From positions 64,001 to 128,000 of the forward strand of contig JBKAGE010000035.1 of assembly GCA_046290225.1 (NCBI GenBank): 64,000 nt of DNA, in the 5' to 3' direction. The notes below the pieces were generated by a model. That model had not been told where the DNA came from, did not search any database, and saw nothing but the letters and a program-made list of their open reading frames with translations. Shown here in pieces: positions 50,156 through 60,011 of the stretch (position 1 is the stretch's first letter; the number at the start of each line of letters is the position of its first letter). The DNA comes from Bradymonadia bacterium. GTDB taxonomy: Bacteria; Myxococcota_A; Bradymonadia; UBA7976; UBA1532. The position numbers were made by a program, and so were the translations under genes.

Positions 50156-51181
50156 GTGTCGCCGATGAACGCGACGTTCAAGCGCCCACGACCCCGTGAC
50201 GCAGGCGATGGCCTGGAGCTCATCATCGCCCCCTCTGATCTCGGCGCAGGTACCCGGGGCGCGGCCATGGGCCCCGAGGCCTTGATGCACAGCGCCCTCG
50301 CCGAGGGGCTGAGCTTCTTCGAGCGCGCTCCCCAGTGTCGTGTGCCCATGCCCACCCTGCGGCGACGCCACCTGGTCACGGCTTCGATCGACTACCTCGA
50401 CGACGTCGTGCGCGGGGGTGAGCTGCTCTGCGCCCGCCACCGCGATCTGCTGGCTCAAGACTCGACGACGCTGTGCCTCTCGGGGTGCCACGCCAACGCT
50501 GTAGGCTGGGTGGCGGGCGCTCGCGAGGCGTTCCCCGAAGCCCGCATCGGCCTGATCTGGCTCGACGCCCACGGTGATCTGCACTCACCCTGGACTTCAC
50601 CCACCGGGAACGTGCACGGAATGCCCCTGGCGGCCCTGCTCGACGCCGACAACCTCGCCTTGGGCAAGAGCGAGGTCTCAGATCACACGCAGCGTGCCTG
50701 GTCTCGACTCAAGCGCCTGGGGCCGTCGCGCATCTGTCCGAAGCTGCAACCAGAGGATGTGCTGCTCGTCGACATCCGCGATCTCGAGGACGAAGAGTGG
50801 GGGCTGATCCACTCAGCGGGGATCCCCCACGTGACTGCAGCAGAGCGGAGCCGTATTGGGGTGGACGGCGTCCTGAGACGCGCTCGGGCTCAATTCGCAG
50901 ATTACGATCTGTTGCTGGTCACCTTCGACGTCGATTGTCTCGATGCGCCGCTCGTGCCAGGCACAGGTACGCCGGTGAAGGGTGGCATGTCGGAAGCCGA
51001 AGCGCTCACGCTGCTCGAAGGGCTCGTCGCCCTGCCGGCGTTCCGCAGCCTCGACATCTGCGAGATCAACCCGCTGCTGGATCGAGAGAACTCGGTGGCT
51101 CGACGGATGGCCCGCATGCTGCGCCAGCTGTGGCCGGGGTTGGCGCGGACAGCTGTACCTCAAGCAGCGGGCAGCGTCTGA
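50156..51181 (+). CDS. Arginase (ureohydrolase family)
   Basis: GAAMGP, SGCHA (variant of GGDHS), LDAHGD, TGNVHGMP, FDVDCLD, GTGTPV and EINP. Confidence 0.88.
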   Translation: MSPMNATFKRPRPRDAGDGLELIIAPSDLGAGTRGAAMGPEALMHSALAEGLSFFERAPQCRVPMPTLRRRHLVTASIDYLDDVVRGGELLCARHRDLLAQDSTTLCLSGCHANAVGWVAGAREAFPEARIGLIWLDAHGDLHSPWTSPTGNVHGMPLAALLDADNLALGKSEVSDHTQRAWSRLKRLGPSRICPKLQPEDVLLVDIRDLEDEEWGLIHSAGIPHVTAAERSRIGVDGVLRRARAQFADYDLLLVTFDVDCLDAPLVPGTGTPVKGGMSEAEALTLLEGLVALPAFRSLDICEINPLLDRENSVARRMARMLRQLWPGLARTAVPQAAGSV

Positions 51182-52201
51182 TCAATCGCCCAGGATCACC
51201 GGAGGCTCACACACCCACGCGGTGTTGGGGTGAGCTCGATCCGAAGCGCACACCTCGGGGCCCGAGCAGCCACAGAAGCCATCAAAACAGGTGTCGACAT
51301 TGCCCTCGGTGCAGTCTTCGTTGCCCGCGCAACGGCAGATGCCGTCGTCACCACAGATCGAGGCGTTGGTCTGACAGGAGTTCTCCTGACATACGCACCG
51401 GCCGCTCTCCACGTCACAGACGGGATATTCTGCGGTGAGGGCGCAATCCATGTCGCCCCGGCAAGGGATCGTGCACACCGCGTCGCGACAGAGCGCGCGG
51501 CTCTGCACACAGGCCATGGCCTCGCCGCCACCTTCTCGCAGGGGCAGGGCCTGCTGCTCCATGCCCAAGGTGGCACAGTCGATGAAGTCGCTCTGGATGA
51601 AGGCGCAGTAGCCCTCGCCCTCGAACTCGACGCAGGCCTGGGTGCCGGCTTCGCCGCCATCACAGTCGGCCGTGGCCGTGCAACCAGCGCTGCCGGCCCA
51701 ACCGCTGAGCAAGGTCACGCACACTGAGTCGTCGTCGCACTGAGTGGGGATCGCTTCAGGCCAGCAGCGACCCTCGTCGCACCGGTGATCTGCGAGGCAG
51801 TCATCAGCGGTCTGGCACTCCTCCTGGCAGAAGCTGGCCTCACCGACCATGCCGCCGCCTGCTCCACCGGCGCCGGCCATACCACCAGCGCCGGCCATGC
51901 CACCGGCACCCGCCATGCCACCAGCGCCGCCGACCATGCCGCCAGCACCCGCCTCACCCCCGGCACCACCAGTCTCGCCGCCCGCCCCCGCAGCCCCTGC
52001 GGCGCCACCAGCGCCTGCACCGCCTCCGGCACCCGCAGCACCGCCGGCCCCCGCAGCGCCGCCAGAACCGGCTGCGCCACCGGCGCCTGCTGCAGCACCG
52101 GCACCACCAGAGCCCTCGGAGCTGCTGTCGTCATCACAGGCGGAGAGCCCACACACCACAGCGAGGCTCAGGCCGATCAGGGCCTTACGGGAAACGTGCA
52201 T
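51182..52201 (-). CDS. Cys-rich lipoprotein with Gly/Ala linker
   Basis: Lipobox LSAC, a GGAAGAGG linker and more than 25 Cys in the C-terminal part. Confidence 0.8.
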   Translation of the reverse strand: MHVSRKALIGLSLAVVCGLSACDDDSSSEGSGGAGAAAGAGGAAGSGGAAGAGGAAGAGGGAGAGGAAGAAGAGGETGGAGGEAGAGGMVGGAGGMAGAGGMAGAGGMAGAGGAGGGMVGEASFCQEECQTADDCLADHRCDEGRCWPEAIPTQCDDDSVCVTLLSGWAGSAGCTATADCDGGEAGTQACVEFEGEGYCAFIQSDFIDCATLGMEQQALPLREGGGEAMACVQSRALCRDAVCTIPCRGDMDCALTAEYPVCDVESGRCVCQENSCQTNASICGDDGICRCAGNEDCTEGNVDTCFDGFCGCSGPEVCASDRAHPNTAWVCEPPVILGD

Positions 52202-52252
52202 CTGACCACTCCTTCATCAACTCGGGTCGAAGTTGACGCGCAGTGTATGAGG

Positions 52253-53479
52253 TCAGAGCGCTTGAAGGAAAGCGAGGAGTGCCTCTCGATCAGCCTCGGG
52301 CAAATCGAGACCAAAAGGATGACCCCTCATGGCTCGGTCGAGATCGAGCAAGGTCGGCAGATCAGGCACTTCACCCGAAGCGAAGAGCGGACGCCGCTGG
52401 CCCACGCCTCTCAAAGAGGGTACCCGCCACGTGCCGGTGCCCCGAGCAGTGCTCAACGCCACTTCATCAGGGGTGCCGACGGCATCGAGAGGGATCGCAG
52501 CGCCGCCCATCTCGGGGCCACTGTGGCAGTGGGCGCAGTTGAGGTCGAAGACCTCTCGGCCACGACCTTCTGCGGGCTCGGGCAGCGCATCACCCAGTGA
52601 CCACAGGTAGCGGGTCAGCGCCGCAGAGATCACCTTGGGGGGTCGGAGCCCTTGCCCCATCGAGGTGATGATCAACGTCTCCACCCGCACCATCAAAGCC
52701 TGTGGGCTGTTCCAAAGGGTGGCCGCTCGATGAAGCGTCTCTTGAAAGCGGATGGGACGCAGATCGGTGATGGTGGTGGGGTTGAACATGTCATCGTTGG
52801 TCACATCGACCCGGGCCGGGCCCCACGCGCCATACTCAGTGGCTCCACCTCGGGCCATGTCGAGCACCCGGCCATAGTCGAAGCGGTGGTTCGGCGCACC
52901 GTGAACCGGCGCCCCCTCGACACCACGCTCCGAATGGCAGACGGCGCAGGTCATGGCCGGATACACCCCTCCAGGAGCGTCAACCCAGACGAGGCCCGTC
53001 ACTTCACCGGCATCGTTGATCCACAAGCCGACATCTTCTGCGACCTCACGGCTCACCATGGCCTGGCGCATGCTGGCCGCCAGCTGCAACGGGTAGTACT
53101 CGAAGGCCTGCGCCCCGAGCTGTGTCAGGGCCCCGTCGCTCTCCAACGCACCATCGAGGTTCAACCTCTGCCACTGGGGATCATCCTCAGCGGGCGCAGG
53201 TGGGGTGCCGCCGCCGAGATCAGCCACGGTGACGGGCTTCACCCTGGGGTTCCAGGTGTCGAGGGCGCCCCAGGCATCAGGTCGGTATCGATCGAGGCGC
53301 AGAGTGGAGTAGCCGTTCTCGGGGTCGATGATCGACGCCTCGAGGGCTTCTCGCGCGACAGCATCATCGCTGATGTAGGCCTCGGCGAGGGCCACCCAAT
53401 CTTCTGTGGGCTCCACCCCGTTGGTGGCAACACACCCACCCATGACAAGGGCGAGACTGAAGATTGGGGCCACTCTCAC
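52253..53479 (-). CDS. Di-haem c-type cytochrome lipoprotein
   Basis: Lipobox MGGC; CAVCH and CAHCH; RVPSLRGV...GHPFG..L...DREALLAFL tail typical of RoxA/CCP-like proteins. Confidence 0.82.
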   Translation of the reverse strand: MRVAPIFSLALVMGGCVATNGVEPTEDWVALAEAYISDDAVAREALEASIIDPENGYSTLRLDRYRPDAWGALDTWNPRVKPVTVADLGGGTPPAPAEDDPQWQRLNLDGALESDGALTQLGAQAFEYYPLQLAASMRQAMVSREVAEDVGLWINDAGEVTGLVWVDAPGGVYPAMTCAVCHSERGVEGAPVHGAPNHRFDYGRVLDMARGGATEYGAWGPARVDVTNDDMFNPTTITDLRPIRFQETLHRAATLWNSPQALMVRVETLIITSMGQGLRPPKVISAALTRYLWSLGDALPEPAEGRGREVFDLNCAHCHSGPEMGGAAIPLDAVGTPDEVALSTARGTGTWRVPSLRGVGQRRPLFASGEVPDLPTLLDLDRAMRGHPFGLDLPEADREALLAFLQAL

Positions 53480-53489
53480 AACTCAACCC

Positions 53490-54455
53490 TCACTTGCCAG
53501 CGCAGTGGCTGTCAGAGCACATCCAGATGCCCACGCCAGGGTTGAACGCGCAGTAGCTGCCCCAGTCGTCACCATTGACGTTGCCGCAGTCGCTGTCGTT
53601 GGTGCACTCGTCCTGGGGGGTGTGGCAGAACCAGCCCACGGTACCCGTGTAGGCACCACAGTCGCCGAAGCTCGGGGAGCAGTAGCCTTCACCATCGCTG
53701 CAGTCAGCGTCGGTCTGACAGTTGCCGTCCTGCAGGCAGATGTTGTTGTCGCTGAAGAAGCCACCGCCACACTCACAGACGTTGCCGCACTCGCTGTCGG
53801 TGAAGCACTGGTCGTAGGTGCACGTGGTGCCGAACCGGGTGAAGACGCAGCGGCCGTTCTCGCCCTCGTTGCAGTCGGCGTGGGCTTCACACTCGAGGCC
53901 CTCGCGATCATCGCCCCACCCAGAGAGGTCGATGGGGTTCTCGGGGCGTTCGTTGTCGCACTCTACAGGCTCGGGTCGATGCACCTCGGGCTCGGGCAAA
54001 CCGCCACCCCCGCCCCCACCAATGGCGCCAGAGCCGCCATCACCGCCACTCCCGCCGATGCCGCCTCCCCCGCCGATGCCGCCTCCCCCACCATCTCCAC
54101 CGCTGGCACCTGAACCTCCGTCGCCGCCACTCCCGCCGTCACCACCGCTGCCGCCAATGGCACCCGAGCCGCCATCACCGCCACTCCCGCCACTCCCGCC
54201 GATGGCACCGCTACCACCATCGCCGCCCGCACCGGCTGCGCCACCTGCACCAGCAGCGCCTCCGCCACCGGCCGCACCACCGGCACCGCCAACACCTCCG
54301 CCAGCGCCGCCACCGGCCACACCGCCAGAGCCAGCAGTTCCGCCGGCGCCTGCTTCACCGCCGGCGCCACCGGCGGCCTCGTCGTCATCGCGATCTACAC
54401 AGCCGGTGGCCAGTGCAAGCGCCAGCAGGGCAAGGGTGGTGTGTCGAAGCAGCAT
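53490..54455 (-). CDS. Cys-rich lipoprotein with long Gly-rich linker
   Basis: Lipobox ATGC, GGSGGDGG repeats and C-x-x-D-x-(D/E)-C repeats. Confidence 0.8.
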   Translation of the reverse strand: MLLRHTTLALLALALATGCVDRDDDEAAGGAGGEAGAGGTAGSGGVAGGGAGGGVGGAGGAAGGGGAAGAGGAAGAGGDGGSGAIGGSGGSGGDGGSGAIGGSGGDGGSGGDGGSGASGGDGGGGGIGGGGGIGGSGGDGGSGAIGGGGGGGLPEPEVHRPEPVECDNERPENPIDLSGWGDDREGLECEAHADCNEGENGRCVFTRFGTTCTYDQCFTDSECGNVCECGGGFFSDNNICLQDGNCQTDADCSDGEGYCSPSFGDCGAYTGTVGWFCHTPQDECTNDSDCGNVNGDDWGSYCAFNPGVGIWMCSDSHCAGK

Positions 54456-54652
54456 GGGGTTCTCCTCTGAAAAACTGAGCCTGTTTGGGCGATTACACTC
54501 GAAAATCTGGCTCTGGCCGACACAGGCATGCGGTCAGAGCGAGCACAGGGAGAGCGTTTTGCAACTTCAAGGCCAGCCCTTGGGAGTTTCAAAAATCAGT
54601 CTCACTCCCACAGCAAATGTCAGGTGAGTGCCAGCATCCTACATGCAAAAGT

Positions 54653-56803
54653 TCACTGCTCAATCGCTCGCAGATCCGGACGATCAGCCCCGCGAGAGAA
54701 GACAGGCGGTGTGCCGATGGGCGCGTCCACGGTGATCGTGCCGGGGCCGGTGTGCATCTCTCCGGTGAACACGTGGAACCAGATCTCCTCGGGCAGGTAG
54801 AGCGTGCGCGTCGTGTCGCCTTCGGTGATCACAGGGGCCACAAGCATGTCAGAGCCCAGCAAATACTGATCGCTGATCACCCGCGCGGTGGTGTCGTCGG
54901 GGTAATGCAGAGCCAGGGCGCGTACCATGGGGGTCGAGCGGGCCTCGGCTTCGTCGGAGAGCTGTTGCCACAGCGGCTGCAGGGCTTCGTGAATCCGGGC
55001 AAACCGCCGGAAGTGGGCGATGGTCTCGGCGTCACGGTTCCAGTTCCAGTTCTCCTGACGGCGGTTCCCCTCGTGGGTGCGCATGATCGGAGTGAAGGCC
55101 CCGAGTTCGGTCCAACGCAGAAACAACTCTTTGGTGCTCGGGCCCCCGCTGAAGCCACCGATGTCGTGGGTCACATAGGGCACCCCAGCGAGGCCGAGGT
55201 TGAGCATGGCGGGCACCACGGTGGGCAGACCGTCGTGCACCGACCAGTCCGCCTCTTGATCGCCTATCCAGTGGATCATCGAGTTGCGCTGAGTGCCCGT
55301 CCAACCCGAGCGGGCGAAGGTCACCCAATCGCCGTCGGGCCGCTCCGCGTCGAAGGCCTCGCGGTTCACCTTGGTCCAGAGCTCCGGGAACCGGTTGTGG
55401 AATCCAAGGGGGTCGACCCCATCTGCGGGTACAGCGTCGAGGGGCGTCCACTCGGCGAAGTCCACCATCCAGCCGTCGAAGCCGTGCTCGCTGATCATGC
55501 GGCGCAGGGCCTGGCGCACGTAATTTTGGCTGGCTTCGAGGGTGAGATCTGGATGACTCGATTGCCCGTTGGGCGCCGAGAAGACGTACGGATCGCCCTC
55601 AGGGGTGGTGATGAGCAGCCCCTCGTCGCGCATCAGGGGGAAATGATCGTCGAGGTTGGCATCGACGAAGGGGTTGGCATATGCCAGGAACTTCTTCCCA
55701 GCGCCGTGCAGGTCATCAACGAGGGCCTGTAGATCCGGGTAGTGCTCGGCGTCGAGGGTCCAGCGGTATTGCACCCCGAGGCCGCCGTCGAAGTTCATGC
55801 GGACCCCGGTCCAGTCCTGAGACCAGATGGCAGAGTAGGGCACGGACTCCGCTGCGAGCTGATCCACGACGGCCCTCACCGCCGCCGTGCCCCCCTGAGC
55901 GCTGATCCAGGGGCCCTCGAAGGCCCAGCTCGGAGGCCGCTTGGGGCGACCGATGAGATCACCGAGCTGATCGATGACGTCGAGCATGGTGGGCCCATGG
56001 AAGATCAACGCGCTGATGGCTGGCTCTTCGGTGATCTCGATGCGCGCCATCTCGGCGTCCGTGGCGCATACGTCGACGAGGGTGCGGTGATACGTGAAGA
56101 AGAGCACCCCGTGGCCTCGAGGATCGATCCACCACGGCATGGGGAAGTAGGTGGTGTGATCGTCACCCCTGATGTTGCGGGGCGGGCCCTCTCTGCCGAT
56201 GCCCTGCTCACTCACGAAGAGCTCGAAGGCCTCTCCGCGCTGATCGACGGCGTTGTATTGCTCGCCGAAGCCCATGAAGCCCCCCTCGGCGTCGCAGCCC
56301 ACCTTCAAAGACAAGCTGTTGTGCTCGAGGCCTTCTACGTCGACGCGTATCTGGGTGGCGTGATCCGCGTGCCCACGCCGGATGCTCAGAGTCGCCATGC
56401 CTCCACCTTCGGCGGCATAGGGCATCACCACCGCGTCTTCTTCAAGGGTGGCGGGACCACTGCGCTCGAAGGAGACGACCTGCTCGTCACGACGCTCGAA
56501 GGACCAGATGGCCAGGGGGCCAATGGCGGTCTCTGTGTACGTTCGAGCCTCGATGGGCGAGGTGGGCAAGCGCATGAGCGTGCGATCACCAGACATGATG
56601 CGCACGCCCTGCTCATCGTCGAGCACGTACACACCATGCGACAGATCGAGGCGGCTGCCCTCGACAGCGGCGTCGACCTCAGGGGCCGCATCACTCGACA
56701 TGGCGTCAGCGCCGAGATCAGTGCCAGATGTATCACCGACACTTGCGCCATCGTCACAGGCCCAGAGGCCACACACCCACAACACAGACCAGAGTTTCTT
56801 CAC
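54653..56803 (-). CDS. GH31 glycoside hydrolase (YihQ/sulfoquinovosidase-related clade), lipoprotein
   Basis: Lipobox LWAC; GFGEQYN, VSEQGIGR, QDWTG, GWMVDFAE nucleophile, WIGDQ acid/base, DIGG and RTHEGNR. Confidence 0.9.
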   Translation of the reverse strand: MKKLWSVLWVCGLWACDDGASVGDTSGTDLGADAMSSDAAPEVDAAVEGSRLDLSHGVYVLDDEQGVRIMSGDRTLMRLPTSPIEARTYTETAIGPLAIWSFERRDEQVVSFERSGPATLEEDAVVMPYAAEGGGMATLSIRRGHADHATQIRVDVEGLEHNSLSLKVGCDAEGGFMGFGEQYNAVDQRGEAFELFVSEQGIGREGPPRNIRGDDHTTYFPMPWWIDPRGHGVLFFTYHRTLVDVCATDAEMARIEITEEPAISALIFHGPTMLDVIDQLGDLIGRPKRPPSWAFEGPWISAQGGTAAVRAVVDQLAAESVPYSAIWSQDWTGVRMNFDGGLGVQYRWTLDAEHYPDLQALVDDLHGAGKKFLAYANPFVDANLDDHFPLMRDEGLLITTPEGDPYVFSAPNGQSSHPDLTLEASQNYVRQALRRMISEHGFDGWMVDFAEWTPLDAVPADGVDPLGFHNRFPELWTKVNREAFDAERPDGDWVTFARSGWTGTQRNSMIHWIGDQEADWSVHDGLPTVVPAMLNLGLAGVPYVTHDIGGFSGGPSTKELFLRWTELGAFTPIMRTHEGNRRQENWNWNRDAETIAHFRRFARIHEALQPLWQQLSDEAEARSTPMVRALALHYPDDTTARVISDQYLLGSDMLVAPVITEGDTTRTLYLPEEIWFHVFTGEMHTGPGTITVDAPIGTPPVFSRGADRPDLRAIEQ

Positions 56804-56901
56804 AGCTCACCTCACGTGCGACGCGGTGATCACGAAACACGGAACCGAGTGTGTGATCAATCGTCGAGACATCGATCGTCATCGGCCGCTATCCTGCGGC
56901 C

Positions 56902-58431
56902 ATGCACGCACTTCGCACATGGCTCGGCGGCGTGATCGCCCTCACCTTCACCGGCTGCCTCGAGCCCGCGACACCTCGATTTTTCGACTCTGGTGTCGTC
57001 TCTGCTGACAGAGGTCTCCCCTCTGGGGCGATGGATGCTTCGATGGCCCGGGACGCCTCTGTGGTGATGGATGCAGCCACGGACTCTGATGGTCAGCCAC
57101 CTGAGCGCGACATGTCACCTGAGGCGGACGCTGACGGTCCGGACCTCGATGATGCCCGAGTCGATGCACCTGACGCAGATGATCCAGGCTTCGAGGATGC
57201 CCGAGTCGATGATCCCGAAGACGCATTCCGGCCTGATGCGTCGCCTCCAGGCGAGCTGTTCGGCGGGGGCAGTGGCAGCCCCGACGATCCGTACATCGTG
57301 TCCAACCGCAACCACCTGCACAATGTGCGCTGTCGCCCTGATGCCCACTTCCTCATGAGCCGGAGCATCATACTCCGTGAAGGCGAGCGCAGGTTCCTCC
57401 CCATCGGAGGTGGCCTGGCACCCTCTGAGGGCTGCCCCGATGATCAGCCCTTCACCGGCAGCTTCAATGGCGGCGGTCATGTGATCTGCAACCTCGACAT
57501 CGAGGTGGCCGAGCGCAATGTGCCAGCGGGCTTGTTCAGCACCATCAGCTCAGGCTCGGTGTCGAACCTGAAGTTGCTCGTCACGTGGGTCAACGCCGGC
57601 CTCGAGCCTGCGGGCATGGTGGCAGGACGCATCCTCAACGCCGGTCGAAGCCCCACCCTGCACAATGTCAGCGTGTCGGGCACCATCACCGGCGGCGGCA
57701 CCACCGGCGGCGTTGCCGGGTACATCGAAGGCGCTACGGCAAATCGACTCGGGGCCAGAGTGGCGGTGGAAGGTCACGGCCCTACCGGTGCCATCTTCGG
57801 CCACCAGCTCAACACCCTGACCGACGAGGTGCTGGTCACACAGTCCGACGCGCAGATCGGCGGTCAGCGACAGAACCATCCTGTGGGTGGCGTCGCGGGG
57901 TTGTTCGAGGGTGAGGGGCGCATCAACAACTTCCAGGTCGACTTGAACATCCTCAACAACAACGCTTTCGGCGGGGTGGCAGGCAGGGCCGACACCACAG
58001 GCACCATCGGCTATGGCTACACCCGGGGCGCTCTTCAGGGCGAGGCCATCGGTGGCGGGCTCGTGGGTCACGTGGTCAACCTGACCAACCTCTCATGGAG
58101 CTTCACGCAAGCGAGCGTCTTCGGCGACGAGCTGGATGTGGGAGCAGCCCTCGGCCGCATCGAAGAGCTCGGCCGAGTCTCGGCGGTGTTCTTCGACCCG
58201 CTGGAGGGCGAGCCTCCACGCTGTGCCGGCTTGGACTCCGCGTCTCCAGAGCTGTGCAGAGCTGCGCCCACCGTCGACAACCCCAGCTACTTCTACCACA
58301 GCGAAAACTCACCCATGGCGGGCTGGAACGGCGCCATCGACGGACCGACCTGGGCATTTCCCGAAGACGATCTGCCAGAGCTGATACACGTCAGCACTCC
58401 GCCCATCATCTGCCTTGGGGCTCCGGATTGA
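56902..58431 (+). CDS. GLUG-motif surface lipoprotein, paralogue 1
   Basis: Lipobox FTGC, DA-rich linker, GGSGSPDDPY, FTGSFNGGGHVI and repeated GGVAG/GGLVG. Confidence 0.8.
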   Translation: MHALRTWLGGVIALTFTGCLEPATPRFFDSGVVSADRGLPSGAMDASMARDASVVMDAATDSDGQPPERDMSPEADADGPDLDDARVDAPDADDPGFEDARVDDPEDAFRPDASPPGELFGGGSGSPDDPYIVSNRNHLHNVRCRPDAHFLMSRSIILREGERRFLPIGGGLAPSEGCPDDQPFTGSFNGGGHVICNLDIEVAERNVPAGLFSTISSGSVSNLKLLVTWVNAGLEPAGMVAGRILNAGRSPTLHNVSVSGTITGGGTTGGVAGYIEGATANRLGARVAVEGHGPTGAIFGHQLNTLTDEVLVTQSDAQIGGQRQNHPVGGVAGLFEGEGRINNFQVDLNILNNNAFGGVAGRADTTGTIGYGYTRGALQGEAIGGGLVGHVVNLTNLSWSFTQASVFGDELDVGAALGRIEELGRVSAVFFDPLEGEPPRCAGLDSASPELCRAAPTVDNPSYFYHSENSPMAGWNGAIDGPTWAFPEDDLPELIHVSTPPIICLGAPD

Positions 58432-58439
58432 TCTCTCAC

Positions 58440-60011
58440 ATGTACATCCGACACATCCTCTGTGGCGTCATGATCGCGCTGACATGCGCTGCCTGTATCG
58501 ATCCTCAGGCCCCACGTTTTCCCGATGCGCTGACCAACCAGAACGATCTGGACGCAGCCACGAGGGCCGATGTCGACGTACGTGTGGATGCAGCGCTCTC
58601 ACCTGACGCCGACCGCACCACCGACGCAGACATCGTCTCTGAAGATGCATCACCTTCAGTCGACGCAGCGGACGAAGTCGCCGACACAGCCATTGAGGAC
58701 GCTGCCATTGAGGACGCTGCCATTGAGGACGCTGCCATTGAGGACGCTGCCATTGAGGACGCTGCCATTGCGGACGCAGCTCTCGAAGATGCCACCATCG
58801 AAGACGCTGCCTTCGAAGAGGACGCCGAGGCCCCCGACTCGCTCTATGCCGGCGGCCAAGGCACCCCCGAAGACCCCTACCTGATCTCCACCTTCGAACA
58901 TCTGCACAACATCCGCTGCCACCCCAACGCCAGTTTTACGCTGCTCAACGACATCACGATCCCGGACGGCCAGCCCTTCGTGCCCATCGGCGCCGAGCTC
59001 GCGGTCACAGAGGACTGCCGCGATACACCATTTCAAGGCACCATCAACGGCGAAAACTTCGTCATCTGTGGTCTGGTCATCGACGGCCGCCAGAGCGAAG
59101 TCCCCGTGGGGCTGTTCAGCCGCGTCAACGCAGGCATCATCCGCAATCTGTCCCTGTCCTCGGTGAACGTGGTGGCGGGCGCTCAACCCGCAGGGGCCCT
59201 GATCGGCGAGGTCATCTCCCCCAATCAGCTCGAGACCATCCTGCAGTCCATCTCGGTGAGCGGCGCGGTCAGGAGCGACGACAGCGCTGGGGGCCTCGTA
59301 GGTCGTGGGTCGGACGTCAGCATCGAGGGCGCAACCTTCACAGGCACCGTCGATGGCCGCGGACCTGTCGGTGGCATCGCAGGGCGGCTCAGCAACGCTC
59401 ACCTCACCGAGGTGCAGGTGATCAGCGAGCGCATCCAAATCACCGAGTTGGGTGATCCCAGTGGGCGACCTGCAGGGGGCATCGTCGGCGAGCTCCGAGG
59501 CAGCGGCGGGCTCCGCATCTTCGCCGTGCAGGTCGACCTGCTCAGAGGGCAGCGCTTCGTCGGTGGCGCAGTGGGCCGGTGGTCGAGCGCTGATCCGATG
59601 ACTGACGGCTATGCGGCGGGCACGTTGCAGACCGGTGGCGCCACCCCAGAGGCCGCAGGGGGTCTCGTCGGCCACCACCTGAGCCCGTCAGGGCTGAGCC
59701 GCGTGTTCAGCGCCATGGACATGACAAACGCTGGCCCGAGGTCCTCTACTGGTCGAATTATTGGCCGCTATGATGGCGACCTGGCCCTGGACAATGTCTA
59801 TTACCAAGAAGACATCTTGGGCGCGGCCTGTGTCGGCGCCAACTACATCATGCCCGAGAACTGTACCGCCATCTCCAACATGGGCGGCTACTTCAACGTC
59901 CCGGGCAACCCCCCAATGTCACTCTGGGAGCATATTCGATGGGGCTTTGAGTTTGATATGTTGCCCACGTTGACCAACACACGCCCGGCGCCGGATCAGA
60001 GATGCCCCTGA
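58440..60011 (+). CDS. GLUG-motif surface lipoprotein, paralogue 2
   Basis: Start moved to ATG 58440; lipobox CAAC; GGQGTPEDPY and GGLVG/GGIAG repeats. Confidence 0.8.
   Translation: MYIRHILCGVMIALTCAACIDPQAPRFPDALTNQNDLDAATRADVDVRVDAALSPDADRTTDADIVSEDASPSVDAADEVADTAIEDAAIEDAAIEDAAIEDAAIEDAAIADAALEDATIEDAAFEEDAEAPDSLYAGGQGTPEDPYLISTFEHLHNIRCHPNASFTLLNDITIPDGQPFVPIGAELAVTEDCRDTPFQGTINGENFVICGLVIDGRQSEVPVGLFSRVNAGIIRNLSLSSVNVVAGAQPAGALIGEVISPNQLETILQSISVSGAVRSDDSAGGLVGRGSDVSIEGATFTGTVDGRGPVGGIAGRLSNAHLTEVQVISERIQITELGDPSGRPAGGIVGELRGSGGLRIFAVQVDLLRGQRFVGGAVGRWSSADPMTDGYAAGTLQTGGATPEAAGGLVGHHLSPSGLSRVFSAMDMTNAGPRSSTGRIIGRYDGDLALDNVYYQEDILGAACVGANYIMPENCTAISNMGGYFNVPGNPPMSLWEHIRWGFEFDMLPTLTNTRPAPDQRCP
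58689..58763 (+). repeat. In-frame 15-bp tandem repeat (5 perfect copies, then degenerate copies) encoding AIEDA
   Basis: GCCATTGAGGACGCT x5, followed by about four decayed units. Confidence 0.92.
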
